Below, piece by piece: positions 30,030-39,136 of a stretch of 64,000 bases of DNA. The notes under the pieces were generated by a model. The model was not told where the DNA came from, searched no databases, and worked only from the letters and a program-made list of their open reading frames with translations. This DNA is from an uncultured Gemmatimonadales bacterium (GTDB lineage: Bacteria; Gemmatimonadota; Gemmatimonadetes; Longimicrobiales; RSA9): the NCBI GenBank assembly GCA_963798845.1, contig CAWCUS010000006.1:672001-736000 (forward strand), given 5' to 3'. Each line of letters opens with the position of its first letter. The first letter of the stretch is position 1. A program made the translations under genes and the position numbers.

Positions 30030-30767
30030 CTACTTCCACTCGACGAGCCCCCGGTCCACGAGCGCCTTGCCGCGGTCGTACAGGCGGCGCCCCGTCTCAT
30101 CGTCGGGACGCGCGTCGGCGAGCGCAAGCGGAAGGACCGGCGAGAGGGAGCGCGAGCGGATGACGACGGGGGCCGCGGCCAGCACTTCCGGACGCTCGAC
30201 GACGCCCGCGTATGCCACGAACAGGTCCACCTCCCCGCGCGCCTCCAGGTCGGTGGCACCATCACCCACGAACATGATGGGCTCCGGGAGCGGATCCGGT
30301 CCGGACTTCCACGCGCGGAGGACCTCCGCCTTTCCGCCCGCCCGCGACGTCGGGGCCGCATCGTCGAACCCCACGTACTCGCCCCGCTCGTCGAAGCGGA
30401 GGGGCACGGCGGCCACGGCGAGGTCCGGGAGACCGAGGCTGCGCGTCAGGCCCAGCACGGCGGGGAGGAGCCCACCCGAGACCACGCGCACGTTCACGCC
30501 GGCCGCGACCAGCGCCTGGACCGTGGCCGCGGCGTCCTCCACCAGGCCGGCGATGTAGCGCTCGATGAGTCCCTCGACTGCGCTCCGGTCGGGGCGGATC
30601 AGCTCCAGCCGGCGGGCGTAGACCGCGTCCAGCGCCAGCTCCCCGCGCATGGCGGAGTCGGTGAGGGTTTCCACCTCACGCCGGTGGTCGGCGGCCAGCG
30701 CCTCGATGCCTTCCAGCGCAGAAAGGGTGGAGTCGCAGTCGAAGACCACCGTGCGGTAGCGGATCAT
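30030..30767 (-). CDS. serB: HAD-family phosphoserine phosphatase
   Basis: FDCDSTL, AMRGEL, VSGG, GK, VGDGATD; operonic with serA. Confidence 0.85.
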   Translation of the reverse strand: MIRYRTVVFDCDSTLSALEGIEALAADHRREVETLTDSAMRGELALDAVYARRLELIRPDRSAVEGLIERYIAGLVEDAAATVQALVAAGVNVRVVSGGLLPAVLGLTRSLGLPDLAVAAVPLRFDERGEYVGFDDAAPTSRAGGKAEVLRAWKSGPDPLPEPIMFVGDGATDLEARGEVDLFVAYAGVVERPEVLAAAPVVIRSRSLSPVLPLALADARPDDETGRRLYDRGKALVDRGLVEWK

Positions 30768-30833
30768 TCGCGCCAAGGTAGGGCGTGCGGCGCCGGATGC
30801 AATGCGGCGCGGAGCGCGCGCCGCATTGCGGGC

Positions 30834-31598
30834 TCAGACGGCCGGATCCAGGACGCGCCCGAAGCGACGATCCCGGCTACGGAACTCCATCACCGCCTCC
30901 CGCAGGTCGGCAGCGGTGAAGTCGGGCCAGAGGGTCGGGGTGAAGTACAGCTCCGCGTACGCGCATTCCCAGAGCAGGAAATCGCTCAGCCGCTGCTCCC
31001 CGCCCGTGCGGATCAGGAGATCCACGTCCGGCGCCGCACCCCCGCCGCCCTCGACGTGACCGAGCGCAGCCGAGAAGGCCTCGCGGCTGGCGCAGCCGTC
31101 GCTCGAGAGAGCGCGCGCGGCCGCTCGCAGGATTGCGTCGCGACCCGAATAGTCGATCGCGAGCCGCAACGTCAGCGCCCGCCCGGCAGCGGTCGCGGCC
31201 TCCGCTCCCTCGATCGCCCGGACCAGCCGCCCGGGAATCCGATCACGGCGCCCGATGGCCTCGACGCGGATCCGGTTCTCGACGCAGCTGGGCGTCTCGG
31301 CGGCCAGGTACTCCTCGAGGAGCGACATCAGCGCGGTCACCTCCGGCGCCGGCCGCGACCAGTTGTCGGAGGAGAACGCGTACAGCGTGAGCGTGCCGAT
31401 TCCGAGGTCGGTGGCCGCGGCCGCTTCCACGATGGGGCGCACCACGCCCGAGCCCCGCCGGTGGCCGAGCGAGCGGGGACGCCTGCGACGCGTGGCCCAG
31501 CGACCGTTGCCGTCCATGATGATCGCCACGTGCAGCCCGCCGGCTCGAGCCACACCCGGGTCGTGGAAGTCCCGCACGGATTCTCGGGGTTGCGTCAT
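30834..31598 (-). CDS. uppS: Cis-prenyltransferase / undecaprenyl diphosphate synthase
   Basis: [48 protein letters not shown]. Confidence 0.93.
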   Translation of the reverse strand: MTQPRESVRDFHDPGVARAGGLHVAIIMDGNGRWATRRRRPRSLGHRRGSGVVRPIVEAAAATDLGIGTLTLYAFSSDNWSRPAPEVTALMSLLEEYLAAETPSCVENRIRVEAIGRRDRIPGRLVRAIEGAEAATAAGRALTLRLAIDYSGRDAILRAAARALSSDGCASREAFSAALGHVEGGGGAAPDVDLLIRTGGEQRLSDFLLWECAYAELYFTPTLWPDFTAADLREAVMEFRSRDRRFGRVLDPAV

Positions 31599-31617
31599 CG
31601 TCGATCGGTTGAAACGA

Positions 31618-31989
31618 TCAGTCGCGGACAGCCCGGATCAGGGCTTCCATGTGCTCCAGATAGGCTTCCAGGGCCGCACGCCCGTCACCGGTCAAACGGT
31701 AGCGCGTGCGCGGGACCCGCCCGTCATAGTCCTTCAGGCAATCGATGTAGCCGGCGTCTTCCAGCTTCCGCGCGTGCGCGCTGAGATTGCCGTCCGTCAC
31801 CGCCAGCAGCCCTTTCAGGTCGTTGAACGAGAGCGTCTGGTTCACGGCAAGCGCGCTCACGATCCCGAGCCGCACTCGCTCGTGGATCAGTCGGTCCAGG
31901 TCCGGCGCTCCGGGACCCACGGGCACGCCGCCTTCGTCCGCGGATGGCTCCGCGGAGCGCGACTCCCGTGACGGCCGCGCTTCACCCAC
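31618..31989 (-). CDS. Winged-helix transcriptional regulator (HTH_34, MarR/ArsR-like)
   Basis: [39 protein letters not shown]. Confidence 0.88.
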   Translation of the reverse strand: MGEARPSRESRSAEPSADEGGVPVGPGAPDLDRLIHERVRLGIVSALAVNQTLSFNDLKGLLAVTDGNLSAHARKLEDAGYIDCLKDYDGRVPRTRYRLTGDGRAALEAYLEHMEALIRAVRD

Positions 31990-32578
31990 CGTACCGCCTC
32001 CAGATCAGCGATCCCATGAGCACGTGAAGCCCGCCCAGTCCCACCGCCAGGAGCACGTCCCCATCCACCGGCGCAAGCAGCGCCGCTCCCCCAACAGCGA
32101 TGAACGCCGCTCCCACCAGCGGCACCACCCGAACACTGTACGCACCGCCGGTCATCACGCCGGCGCCGTACAGCGCCAGCCACATCCCGGGGATCAGCGA
32201 CATGTCACCGTCCAGGAACGCAGCGGCGGTCAGGACCGCACCCGCCGCCATCGGCGGCGCGAACGCCAGAAGCAGCTTCCGCACCGTGTACGAACGGAGG
32301 GCGACGCCCTGCGCCCGCGCCTTCCGGGCCGTCATCCCCACCGAGATCAGGCCGGCCACCACCAGCTCGACCATCCACACGCCGAGCCACCGAACCGGCG
32401 TGGGCTGCACGGCCGCCACCACCGCCGCCATCATCGCCGTCACGCCCACGAGAACGAAGCCGGAGCCCGACAAGGCCGTGAATGCCGTGGCCCGCTCCAT
32501 CGTCTCGCGGATGAAGCGGAGGTTGTCGGCGGCGCGCTCGTGGAGCGCGATGTTCGGCGATGGCTCGGGTGTGCTCAT
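31982..32578 (-). CDS. Hypothetical multi-TM membrane protein
   Basis: AADNLRFIRETMERA followed by about six hydrophobic segments; overlaps the regulator gene. Confidence 0.8.
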   Translation of the reverse strand: MSTPEPSPNIALHERAADNLRFIRETMERATAFTALSGSGFVLVGVTAMMAAVVAAVQPTPVRWLGVWMVELVVAGLISVGMTARKARAQGVALRSYTVRKLLLAFAPPMAAGAVLTAAAFLDGDMSLIPGMWLALYGAGVMTGGAYSVRVVPLVGAAFIAVGGAALLAPVDGDVLLAVGLGGLHVLMGSLIWRRYGG

Positions 32579-32681
32579 GGAAGGAGGATGGCGCTGCGGC
32601 GGTCTTGCGTCAAGTACTTTGTCCCGCAAAGATGCTCGCCCCCTGCAGGGCCGTCTGGCGGGGTGTGCGTTCGCTGTTGAC

Positions 32682-32696
32682 GGGTATGGTGATTGC
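32682..32696 (+). promoter_or_regulatory. Candidate sigma54 promoter for the ferritin-like gene
   Basis: GGGTATGGTGATTGC(T) with GG-N10-GC spacing and TTGCT -12 box. Confidence 0.3.
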
Positions 32697-32781
32697 TACA
32701 GTGTGATGTGCCGTCGGGATCGGGAGTCATCGTCGGCAATTCAGGATTCACAACTGCAGATGCCGCACCAGAGGAGGTCAG

Positions 32782-33273
32782 ATGGGAGTCAACAACCTGC
32801 AGGATCTGTTCGTCCACGAGCTGAGGGACCTGCACGACGCGGAGAACCAGATCCTCGAAGCGCTGCCGAAGATGGCGGAGAAGTCGCAGCATGAGGATCT
32901 CAGGAGTGCGTTCGAGGAACATCATCGTCAGACGGAGGAGCACGTACGGCGGCTGGAGCGGATCTTCGACGACATCGGCGAGAAGCCGGGCGGGGTGAAG
33001 TGCAAGGGGATCCGCGGGATCATTGAGGAAGGCGAAAAGGGGATGAAGGAGGCCGAGGAGGGGGATGTGCGGGACGCGGCAATGATCGCGGCGGCGCAGC
33101 GTGTGGAACACTACGAGATGGCGGCGTACGGGAGCGCGCGCACGTTCGCGCGTCGGCTGGGGAACGGCCGGGCCGCGGACCTGCTGCAGCGGACGCTGAA
33201 CGAGGAAGGTGAGACGGACCACAAGCTGTCGCGGATCGCGGAGAGCCACGTGAACGAAGAAGCCGAGTCGTAG
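32782..33273 (+). CDS. Ferritin-like stress protein, DUF892 (YciE/YciF family)
   Basis: LRDLHDAENQ, CKGIRGIIEE, AAQRVEHYEMAAYG, EEGETD; GAGGAGG RBS. Confidence 0.93.
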   Translation: MGVNNLQDLFVHELRDLHDAENQILEALPKMAEKSQHEDLRSAFEEHHRQTEEHVRRLERIFDDIGEKPGGVKCKGIRGIIEEGEKGMKEAEEGDVRDAAMIAAAQRVEHYEMAAYGSARTFARRLGNGRAADLLQRTLNEEGETDHKLSRIAESHVNEEAES

Positions 33274-33429
33274 CACGCGGCGATGGGGAGCGGCGAGATA
33301 AGGGGGGTCGCTCCCGGTCTGGCACGGACATGGCCCGGGCGAGTCGCTGCTCCCCGGGCCATTCTCCGTGTGGAACTCTTCGTTTACCTGGTGGCCTCCG
33401 GTGATCCGTAGCCTCACACCCTCACGGGA

Positions 33430-35514
33430 TCAGCCGGCCACCTTCGTCTCGTCCTTCTTCCCGGCGTCCGGGCGCTCGGGCGCATTCCAGTCCGGGTTGC
33501 CGCGGACGTAGTGCTCGAACCAGCGCAGCTCCTCGACCATGCGGGTGCGCTGGTGGCGGGGCTCGCGGAAGCCGTGGGGCTCGCGCGGGAAGAGGATGAG
33601 GCGGTTGGGGACGTCGAAGGTGGACAGGGCGGCGTGGAAGTCCATGGACTGTCCGGGCGTGTCGGTGGTGTCCTCCTCGCCGTGGAACAGGATGGTGGGC
33701 GTGTGGACCTGGTCGGCGTGGTAGAAGGCGCTGCGGGCGAGCCAGAACGCCTGGTTCGACCACGGGTCGCCACCGAGGTACCAGCGGGTCACGTCGTAGT
33801 TGAAGCCGACGCCGTACTCGCCCGGCCAGTCGGCGACCATGGCTCCGAGGGAGGCTGCCTTGAAGCGGTCCGTTCGGGTGATGGTCCAGCCGCCGAGGAT
33901 GCCGCCGTAGCTCCACCCTTTCACCGCCATCGAATCGGGGTCGGCCACGCCGCGCTCGATCATGGCGTCCACGCCGGACATGAGGTCCTGATAGTCACCG
34001 CCGCCGATGTCCTTGCTGTTGCCGGCGAGGAGCGCGTCGCCGTAGCCGGTGGAGCCGCGGACGTTCGGCTCGAGCACGGCGTAGCCGTGGGCCGCGAGCA
34101 GCTGGGCGTCGGGGTCGAATCCGAGGGTGTAGCCGCCGGCCGGCCCGCCATGGATATGGAGGACGAAGGCGCCCGGTGCCGAGCGCTGCCCTGCGGCAGG
34201 GTAGAGGATCCCCTCGATCGGGAGGCCGTCGGTGCTGGTCCAGCGCACGACCTCCGGGCTGGACAGCTCCAGGGCGCGGATGTCGGCGCCGGCGTCGGTG
34301 ATGGCGGTGCGGCTCATTCGGCGGCCGAAGCCGGCCGTGTAGACCTCCGCGGGAGACGCGGGGTCGGTGAAGGTGAAGGCGACGGCGTCGTGATCACGCG
34401 ACCAGCTCGCGCTGCCGACCACGCCGCTCCACTCGCTCATGGGCCGGAGCCGGCCGTTGCGCAGGTCGAGGCGGTAGAAGTTGGTGACGGTCCGGTCCGT
34501 GGCGGTGAGGTCGAGGTATCGGCTGTCGGGCGTGAAGCCGCCGACGCGGACGTCGAGGTCGGAGTCGGCGATGAGCTGCCGCACGTCGCCGGAGGCGAGG
34601 TCCATGAGATAGAGGTTGCCCTGATCGAGCGCCCACGTCTCGAGGGACGGAGCGACGAAGAGGAGCGAGTTTCCGTCCGGGGTCCAGAGGAGCCCTGACT
34701 CCGGGGCCTCGTTGTGCGTGAGCTGGCGGACCTCGCCCCCGTCGATGCCGACCAGGGCGATCTCCGCGCGGAACTCGTCGTTGCGCCGGTCTTCGGTGCG
34801 GAACGTGAACGCCACCTGGCGCCCGTCCGGTGCCACGGCGAAGTCGGCGATCATGCGCTCGCCCGTGGTGATGGGCCGGGCATCGGCGTCATCGAAGTCG
34901 GCGGGGACCCACCAGAGGTTCGACCAGCTGCCGCGCTCCTGCCCGTTCGGACCCTCGTCCACGAAGAGCTCGTCGTACCCCTTCTTTCTCGCCTCCTTCA
35001 CCTTCTTCGGAACGCTGTCGCTGGCGACGAAGACCAGCCGCCTGGAGTCCCCGGTCCAGCGGAAGGAGCGGATTCCGCTGGCGTGGTGCGTGAGCTGGCG
35101 AGCTTCGCCGCCGTCGGTCCGGATGAGCCAGATCTGGCGGCCGGATGCGTCGCCCTCTTCGTCCTCGTCGTCCCCATCGTCGGCGCGGGCGAACGCGATC
35201 CAGCGCCCATCGGGGGACCACTGCGGCGAGCCATCGCCCTCCCGGGCCGTGAACGGGCGGGCGTCGCTGCCATCCGCGTCGGCGATCCAGAGGCGGGAAT
35301 CGCGATCGTTGTCTTCCCAGTTCAGCTCGGTCACCGTGTACAGGACGCGCCGCCCGTCCGGGCTCATCTCCGGGCTGCCCACGCGGGTCATGTCCACGGC
35401 GCGATCGACGGTGAAACGTCCGGGCGCCGGGTCCGGTGAGCCGGTCTGGGCGCTGCCGGGGAGGGCTCCCGCGGCCACGAAGAGCAAGGACAGCATCGGT
35501 GCCGTGATGCGCAT
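33430..35514 (-). CDS. S9 family (prolyl oligopeptidase/acylaminoacyl) peptidase, secreted
   Basis: Signal peptide, WSPDG propeller repeats, HGGP, RGSTGYG, GWSYGG, HGEED, PREPH. Confidence 0.93.
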   Translation of the reverse strand: MRITAPMLSLLFVAAGALPGSAQTGSPDPAPGRFTVDRAVDMTRVGSPEMSPDGRRVLYTVTELNWEDNDRDSRLWIADADGSDARPFTAREGDGSPQWSPDGRWIAFARADDGDDEDEEGDASGRQIWLIRTDGGEARQLTHHASGIRSFRWTGDSRRLVFVASDSVPKKVKEARKKGYDELFVDEGPNGQERGSWSNLWWVPADFDDADARPITTGERMIADFAVAPDGRQVAFTFRTEDRRNDEFRAEIALVGIDGGEVRQLTHNEAPESGLLWTPDGNSLLFVAPSLETWALDQGNLYLMDLASGDVRQLIADSDLDVRVGGFTPDSRYLDLTATDRTVTNFYRLDLRNGRLRPMSEWSGVVGSASWSRDHDAVAFTFTDPASPAEVYTAGFGRRMSRTAITDAGADIRALELSSPEVVRWTSTDGLPIEGILYPAAGQRSAPGAFVLHIHGGPAGGYTLGFDPDAQLLAAHGYAVLEPNVRGSTGYGDALLAGNSKDIGGGDYQDLMSGVDAMIERGVADPDSMAVKGWSYGGILGGWTITRTDRFKAASLGAMVADWPGEYGVGFNYDVTRWYLGGDPWSNQAFWLARSAFYHADQVHTPTILFHGEEDTTDTPGQSMDFHAALSTFDVPNRLILFPREPHGFREPRHQRTRMVEELRWFEHYVRGNPDWNAPERPDAGKKDETKVAG

Positions 35515-35627
35515 CGGCGTCTCCTGAAGCGTGTGATGGCTGGGCTGTGCGTCGGCGTGACCGGTATAATGGCGTGGGAGCGGGGAGCACGCCACGCCAG
35601 GGCGGCCGGAAGCGCAGCGGAGGCACC

Positions 35628-36647
35628 ATGATAGAGACGAACGGTCCGGCACGCCGCACGGGGAGGACGCGTCGACGCGGGGTGACGAGGTGGATCGCCG
35701 CGGTGCTGGTGTTCGTCCTGGTCGGCTGCCAGCCCCCGCTTCCGCCCCCGCCGGCACCGCCCGTGGCCGCCGAAATGGCTGCGGACGTCGGCTACCTGGG
35801 CGACCCGGACAGGGACGGCCGCGTGCTCGGCTCGGAGGGGCGGGACGAAGCCATGCAGTACATCGCTCGGGGATTCCGTCAGGCGGGGCTCGAGCCGGTC
35901 ATCCGCCAGGCCTTCGAGGTGCACGGCCTCCTGACCTCGGGCGAGGGCGCGAACGTGGCGGGGATCGTGCGCGGGACCGATCCATCTCTGGCCGGCCAGT
36001 ACGTCGTGGTCGGCGCCCACTACGACCACATCGGGCGCCTGGCCGTCCTCTCCCGCGACCCCGACCAGACCGGCGTGCGACCCGGTGCCGACGACAATGC
36101 TTCGGGCGCGGCGGCGCTGCTGGAGCTGGCGCGACGCCTGGCCCGGCGACCGACCGCGCGCACGATCGTCTTCGTCGCGTTCGATGCGGAGGAGCTGGGC
36201 CTGCTGGGCTCGGAGCACTTCGTCCGCCACGCGCCGCTCCCCCTGGATTCGGCCGTCGCCATGGTCAACCTGGACATGGTTGGGCGCCTGAGGCGAGGGC
36301 GCCTCACGATCGTTGGCGCCTCCACCCACCCCGGGTGGAGCGGCCTGCTCAAGCGGGCCAACGACCACGTCGGCCTCGAGCTCCGCTTTCGACCGCCCGA
36401 CGACGATTCCGACCACGCCACCTTCAACGACAGCGGGGTCCCGGCCATCCACCTTTTCACCGGCCTCCACGCCGAGTACCACACCGCCGGCGACCGGGTG
36501 GAGCTGCTGAACGAGTACGGCATGCTGCGCGTGGTGGAGCTCGCCGAGCGCGTGCTCCGGGCTGTGGCTGCCTCGGCCGCGTTCGCCCCACGAGGCCGGA
36601 ACGCAGCCCCCGCGTTATCCGGAACCCCCCGTCCCGAAGGCCCTTGA
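35628..36647 (+). CDS. M28 family peptidase, lipoprotein
   Basis: Lipobox LVGC; GAHYDH, GADDNASG, AEELGLLGS, NLDMVG, SDH, YH. Confidence 0.92.
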   Translation: MIETNGPARRTGRTRRRGVTRWIAAVLVFVLVGCQPPLPPPPAPPVAAEMAADVGYLGDPDRDGRVLGSEGRDEAMQYIARGFRQAGLEPVIRQAFEVHGLLTSGEGANVAGIVRGTDPSLAGQYVVVGAHYDHIGRLAVLSRDPDQTGVRPGADDNASGAAALLELARRLARRPTARTIVFVAFDAEELGLLGSEHFVRHAPLPLDSAVAMVNLDMVGRLRRGRLTIVGASTHPGWSGLLKRANDHVGLELRFRPPDDDSDHATFNDSGVPAIHLFTGLHAEYHTAGDRVELLNEYGMLRVVELAERVLRAVAASAAFAPRGRNAAPALSGTPRPEGP

Positions 36648-36674
36648 CCCTGACGTTGCGTGAGGGGTTACGCT
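36644..36674 (+). promoter_or_regulatory. MerR/TipA-type promoter with operator dyad in a 19-bp spacer
   Basis: -35 TTGACC (36644-49), 19-bp spacer, -10 TACGCT (36669-74); dyad CCCTGACG-TTG-CGTGAGGG. Confidence 0.8.
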
Positions 36675-36715
36675 CCAGTGCGCAGGCGGGATCCGGCCCC
36701 AGAACAGGAGCATCG

Positions 36716-37501
36716 GTGGTGAAACAATGGCGGGTGGGGGAGGTGGCTGAGCTGGCGCACGTGACAGTGCGGACGCTCCATCACTATGACGAGCTGGGGC
36801 TGCTCCGTCCGTCGGGGCGCTCGGAGTCGGGATACCGGCTGTATGCCCGCGAAGACCTGGACCGGTTGTACCGCGTGCTGCTGTACCGGGAGCTCGGGTT
36901 CACGCTGGAGGCGATCGGGAAGGTGCTGGACAGCCCGGTGGCGGATCGGCGTGCGGCGATGTCGGCACAGCGGGCGCTGCTGGAGGAGAAGGCAAAGCGT
37001 CTGAGGGGAGTGATCCGGGCGGTGGACCGGACGCTGGAAGCCATGGACCGGGGGAAGAGGCTGGAGGAGGAAGCGATGTTCGAGGGATTCGAGAGTTTGG
37101 ATGCGCCGGACGAGGTGAAGGCGGAGCAGGCGAAGCACGGGGCGGAGGCACGGGAGAGGTGGGGCGAGACGGAAGCGTACCGGGAGTCGATGCGTCGGTC
37201 GCGGCGGTACACGAAGGCGGACTGGGAGAAGCTGAGGGCGGAGTCCGATGCCATCGAGGCGGAGCTGGCCTCGCTTCTGGCGGCGGGGGAGGCGCCGACG
37301 GGGAGCGCGGCGACGGAGGTGGCGGAGCGGGCGCGCCAGCACATCGACCGCTGGTTCTACCCGTGCAGCCGGGAAATGCACGCGGCGCTGGCGGGGATGT
37401 ACGAATCGGACCCGCGTTTCGCGGCGCACTACGAGGAGCGTGCGGAAGGGCTGAGCGCGTTCGTGGCGGCCGCGATCCGGGCGAACGCGGAGCCGCGGTA
37501 G
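36716..37501 (+). CDS. MerR-family regulator with TipAS antibiotic-binding domain
   Basis: VGEVAELAHVTVRTLHHYD, GYRLY, EARERWGET, WFYPCS, YESDPRF; AGGAG RBS. Confidence 0.93.
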   Translation: MVKQWRVGEVAELAHVTVRTLHHYDELGLLRPSGRSESGYRLYAREDLDRLYRVLLYRELGFTLEAIGKVLDSPVADRRAAMSAQRALLEEKAKRLRGVIRAVDRTLEAMDRGKRLEEEAMFEGFESLDAPDEVKAEQAKHGAEARERWGETEAYRESMRRSRRYTKADWEKLRAESDAIEAELASLLAAGEAPTGSAATEVAERARQHIDRWFYPCSREMHAALAGMYESDPRFAAHYEERAEGLSAFVAAAIRANAEPR

Positions 37502-37647
37502 GCGGCAGCGCGGAACCGGCATACGGGGCAGCGCGGAACCGGCGGGTGGCGCCGCCGGTACACGGTGCGAGGAGCGGACCGCGCGTCCGGCCGTCGTCAT
37601 GGTGGCGGCGCAGCCGGGCTCGCGGACGCACGCGGAGGAGCTGGGCG

Positions 37648-38394
37648 ATGAACGGGAACCGGTGGGTGGTGGCGGCGCTGTTGCTGGCGGCGGCGCTGGT
37701 GCTGGCGGTGGGGATCGGATTTGGCGGGTGGGCGGCAGGGCACGGTGTTCTGGAGTCGAGGCGGGACCGGTACGTCACGGTGAAGGGCCTCGCGGAGCGG
37801 GACGTGTCGGCCGACCTGGCGCTGTGGCCGTTCCAGGTCGTGGCGGCGAGCGACGATCTCGGACAGGCGCAGTCACAGGTGCAGCGGAGCATGCGGGCGG
37901 TGCTGTCCTTCCTGTCGAGGAGCGGAATCGACACCACGGGCGTGGAGCTGCAGGGGCTGGAGGTCACGGACCGGCTGGCCGTGCCGTATGGGGACCCGAA
38001 CCAGCGGGGAATGCGGTACACGATTCAGCAGCTGATGGTCGTGCGCTCCGAGGATGTGGAAGCGGTGCAAGCGGCGAGTCAGCGGGTGGGCGAGCTCGTG
38101 GATGCGGGCGTGTTGCTCCGGAGCGGAACCGGGTGGGGTCCGGTGAAGCCGACGTTCCTGTTCACTCGCCTGAACGAGCTCAAGCCGGGAATGATCGCCG
38201 AGGCCACGGCCAGCGCGCGGGAGGCGGCGGCGCAATTCGCGAAGGACTCGGGCAGCGGTGTGGGCGGAATCCGCACCGCGAGCCAGGGCGTGTTCCAGAT
38301 CCTGCCCCGGGACCAGGCGCCCGGGATCAACGAGTCTGACCAGCGCAACAAGACCGTTCGCGTGGTGTCCACGGTCGAGTACTACCTGGAATAG
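37648..38394 (+). CDS. SIMPL/DUF541 domain protein
   Basis: N-terminal TM, VTVKGLAERDV, KPGMIAEAT, ASQGVFQI, KTVRVVSTVEY. Confidence 0.88.
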   Translation: MNGNRWVVAALLLAAALVLAVGIGFGGWAAGHGVLESRRDRYVTVKGLAERDVSADLALWPFQVVAASDDLGQAQSQVQRSMRAVLSFLSRSGIDTTGVELQGLEVTDRLAVPYGDPNQRGMRYTIQQLMVVRSEDVEAVQAASQRVGELVDAGVLLRSGTGWGPVKPTFLFTRLNELKPGMIAEATASAREAAAQFAKDSGSGVGGIRTASQGVFQILPRDQAPGINESDQRNKTVRVVSTVEYYLE

Positions 38395-38419
38395 GTTCCG
38401 GGATCGGACGAGGAGGGGG

Positions 38420-38451
38420 GCGGGCAAGCGGCCGCGCGGCCGCTTGCCCGC
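38420..38451. terminator. Perfect 32-bp palindrome after the SIMPL gene
   Basis: GCGGGCAAGCGGCCGC|GCGGCCGCTTGCCCGC; only a short T tail. Confidence 0.5.
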
Positions 38452-38518
38452 TTGGCATCCCGCCCGCTACGCCCTACCATCCGCTGAGAAGGCTCCCTCT
38501 TCAAGGTGGACGGACTGC

Positions 38519-39136
38519 ATGAGGCTCTCTCCCCCGGCCGCCGCGCGCGCGGCCATGATCGCCCTGGCGCTGCCCGCCGCGGCGGCGCTCTTCGCGTGCA
38601 GCGGTTCCGAGCGGTCGCAGGAGAGCACGGACCCCACACAGCGCGTCGCGCGCAACTACGCGGATTCACTGGGGGTGGACCTGTCCGCCATGCAGCACCG
38701 CCCGAGCGGGCTGTACGTGCAGGACGTGAAGGTAGGCGAAGGCGCGCGGGCGGACTCGGGCGACATCGTGACCGTGCAGTACACCGGATGGCTGCCATCC
38801 GGGAAGAAGTTCGACTCGAGCCGCGATCGGGATCGCCCGTTCGAGTTCGCCCTGGGGTACGGCCAGGTGATCAGCGGGTGGGACCAGGGCGTGGCGGGGA
38901 TGCGGATCGGCGGCGAACGTCGCCTTGTCATCCCCCCGGCCCTGGGCTACGGCACACGTCCGGCCGGCAACGGCGTGATCCCGGCCATGTCCACGCTGGT
39001 GTTCGACGTGGAGCTGCTTGGCGTGCAGAACCGCACGCCGGAGAAGGGCGACAGCGCCGGGGCGACGGGCGACGCCGGCACTCCTGGCGAAGCCGGCGCG
39101 TCGGCGGGGCCCGGGGCCGCGGCGGGCGCCCGGTGA
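38519..39136 (+). CDS. FKBP-type peptidyl-prolyl isomerase, lipoprotein
   Basis: Lipobox LFAC; YTGWL, FDSS, VISGWDQG, IPPALGYG, LVFDVEL. Confidence 0.93.
   Translation: MRLSPPAAARAAMIALALPAAAALFACSGSERSQESTDPTQRVARNYADSLGVDLSAMQHRPSGLYVQDVKVGEGARADSGDIVTVQYTGWLPSGKKFDSSRDRDRPFEFALGYGQVISGWDQGVAGMRIGGERRLVIPPALGYGTRPAGNGVIPAMSTLVFDVELLGVQNRTPEKGDSAGATGDAGTPGEAGASAGPGAAAGAR

Noticed and set aside
35690..37501. 603-aa MerR ORF with long N-terminus
   Set aside because: The upstream part is a shadow frame of the M28 gene; the promoter and RBS define the start at 36716.
37504..37543. 17-bp direct repeat GGCAGCGCGGAACCGGC after the tipA-like gene as an insertion scar
   Set aside because: Only 6 bp lie between the copies and no element is associated; most likely a local duplication.
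38453..38467. sigma54 promoter before the FKBP gene
   Set aside because: Spacing fits but the -12 box (CCGC) is poor and it abuts a terminator-like palindrome.
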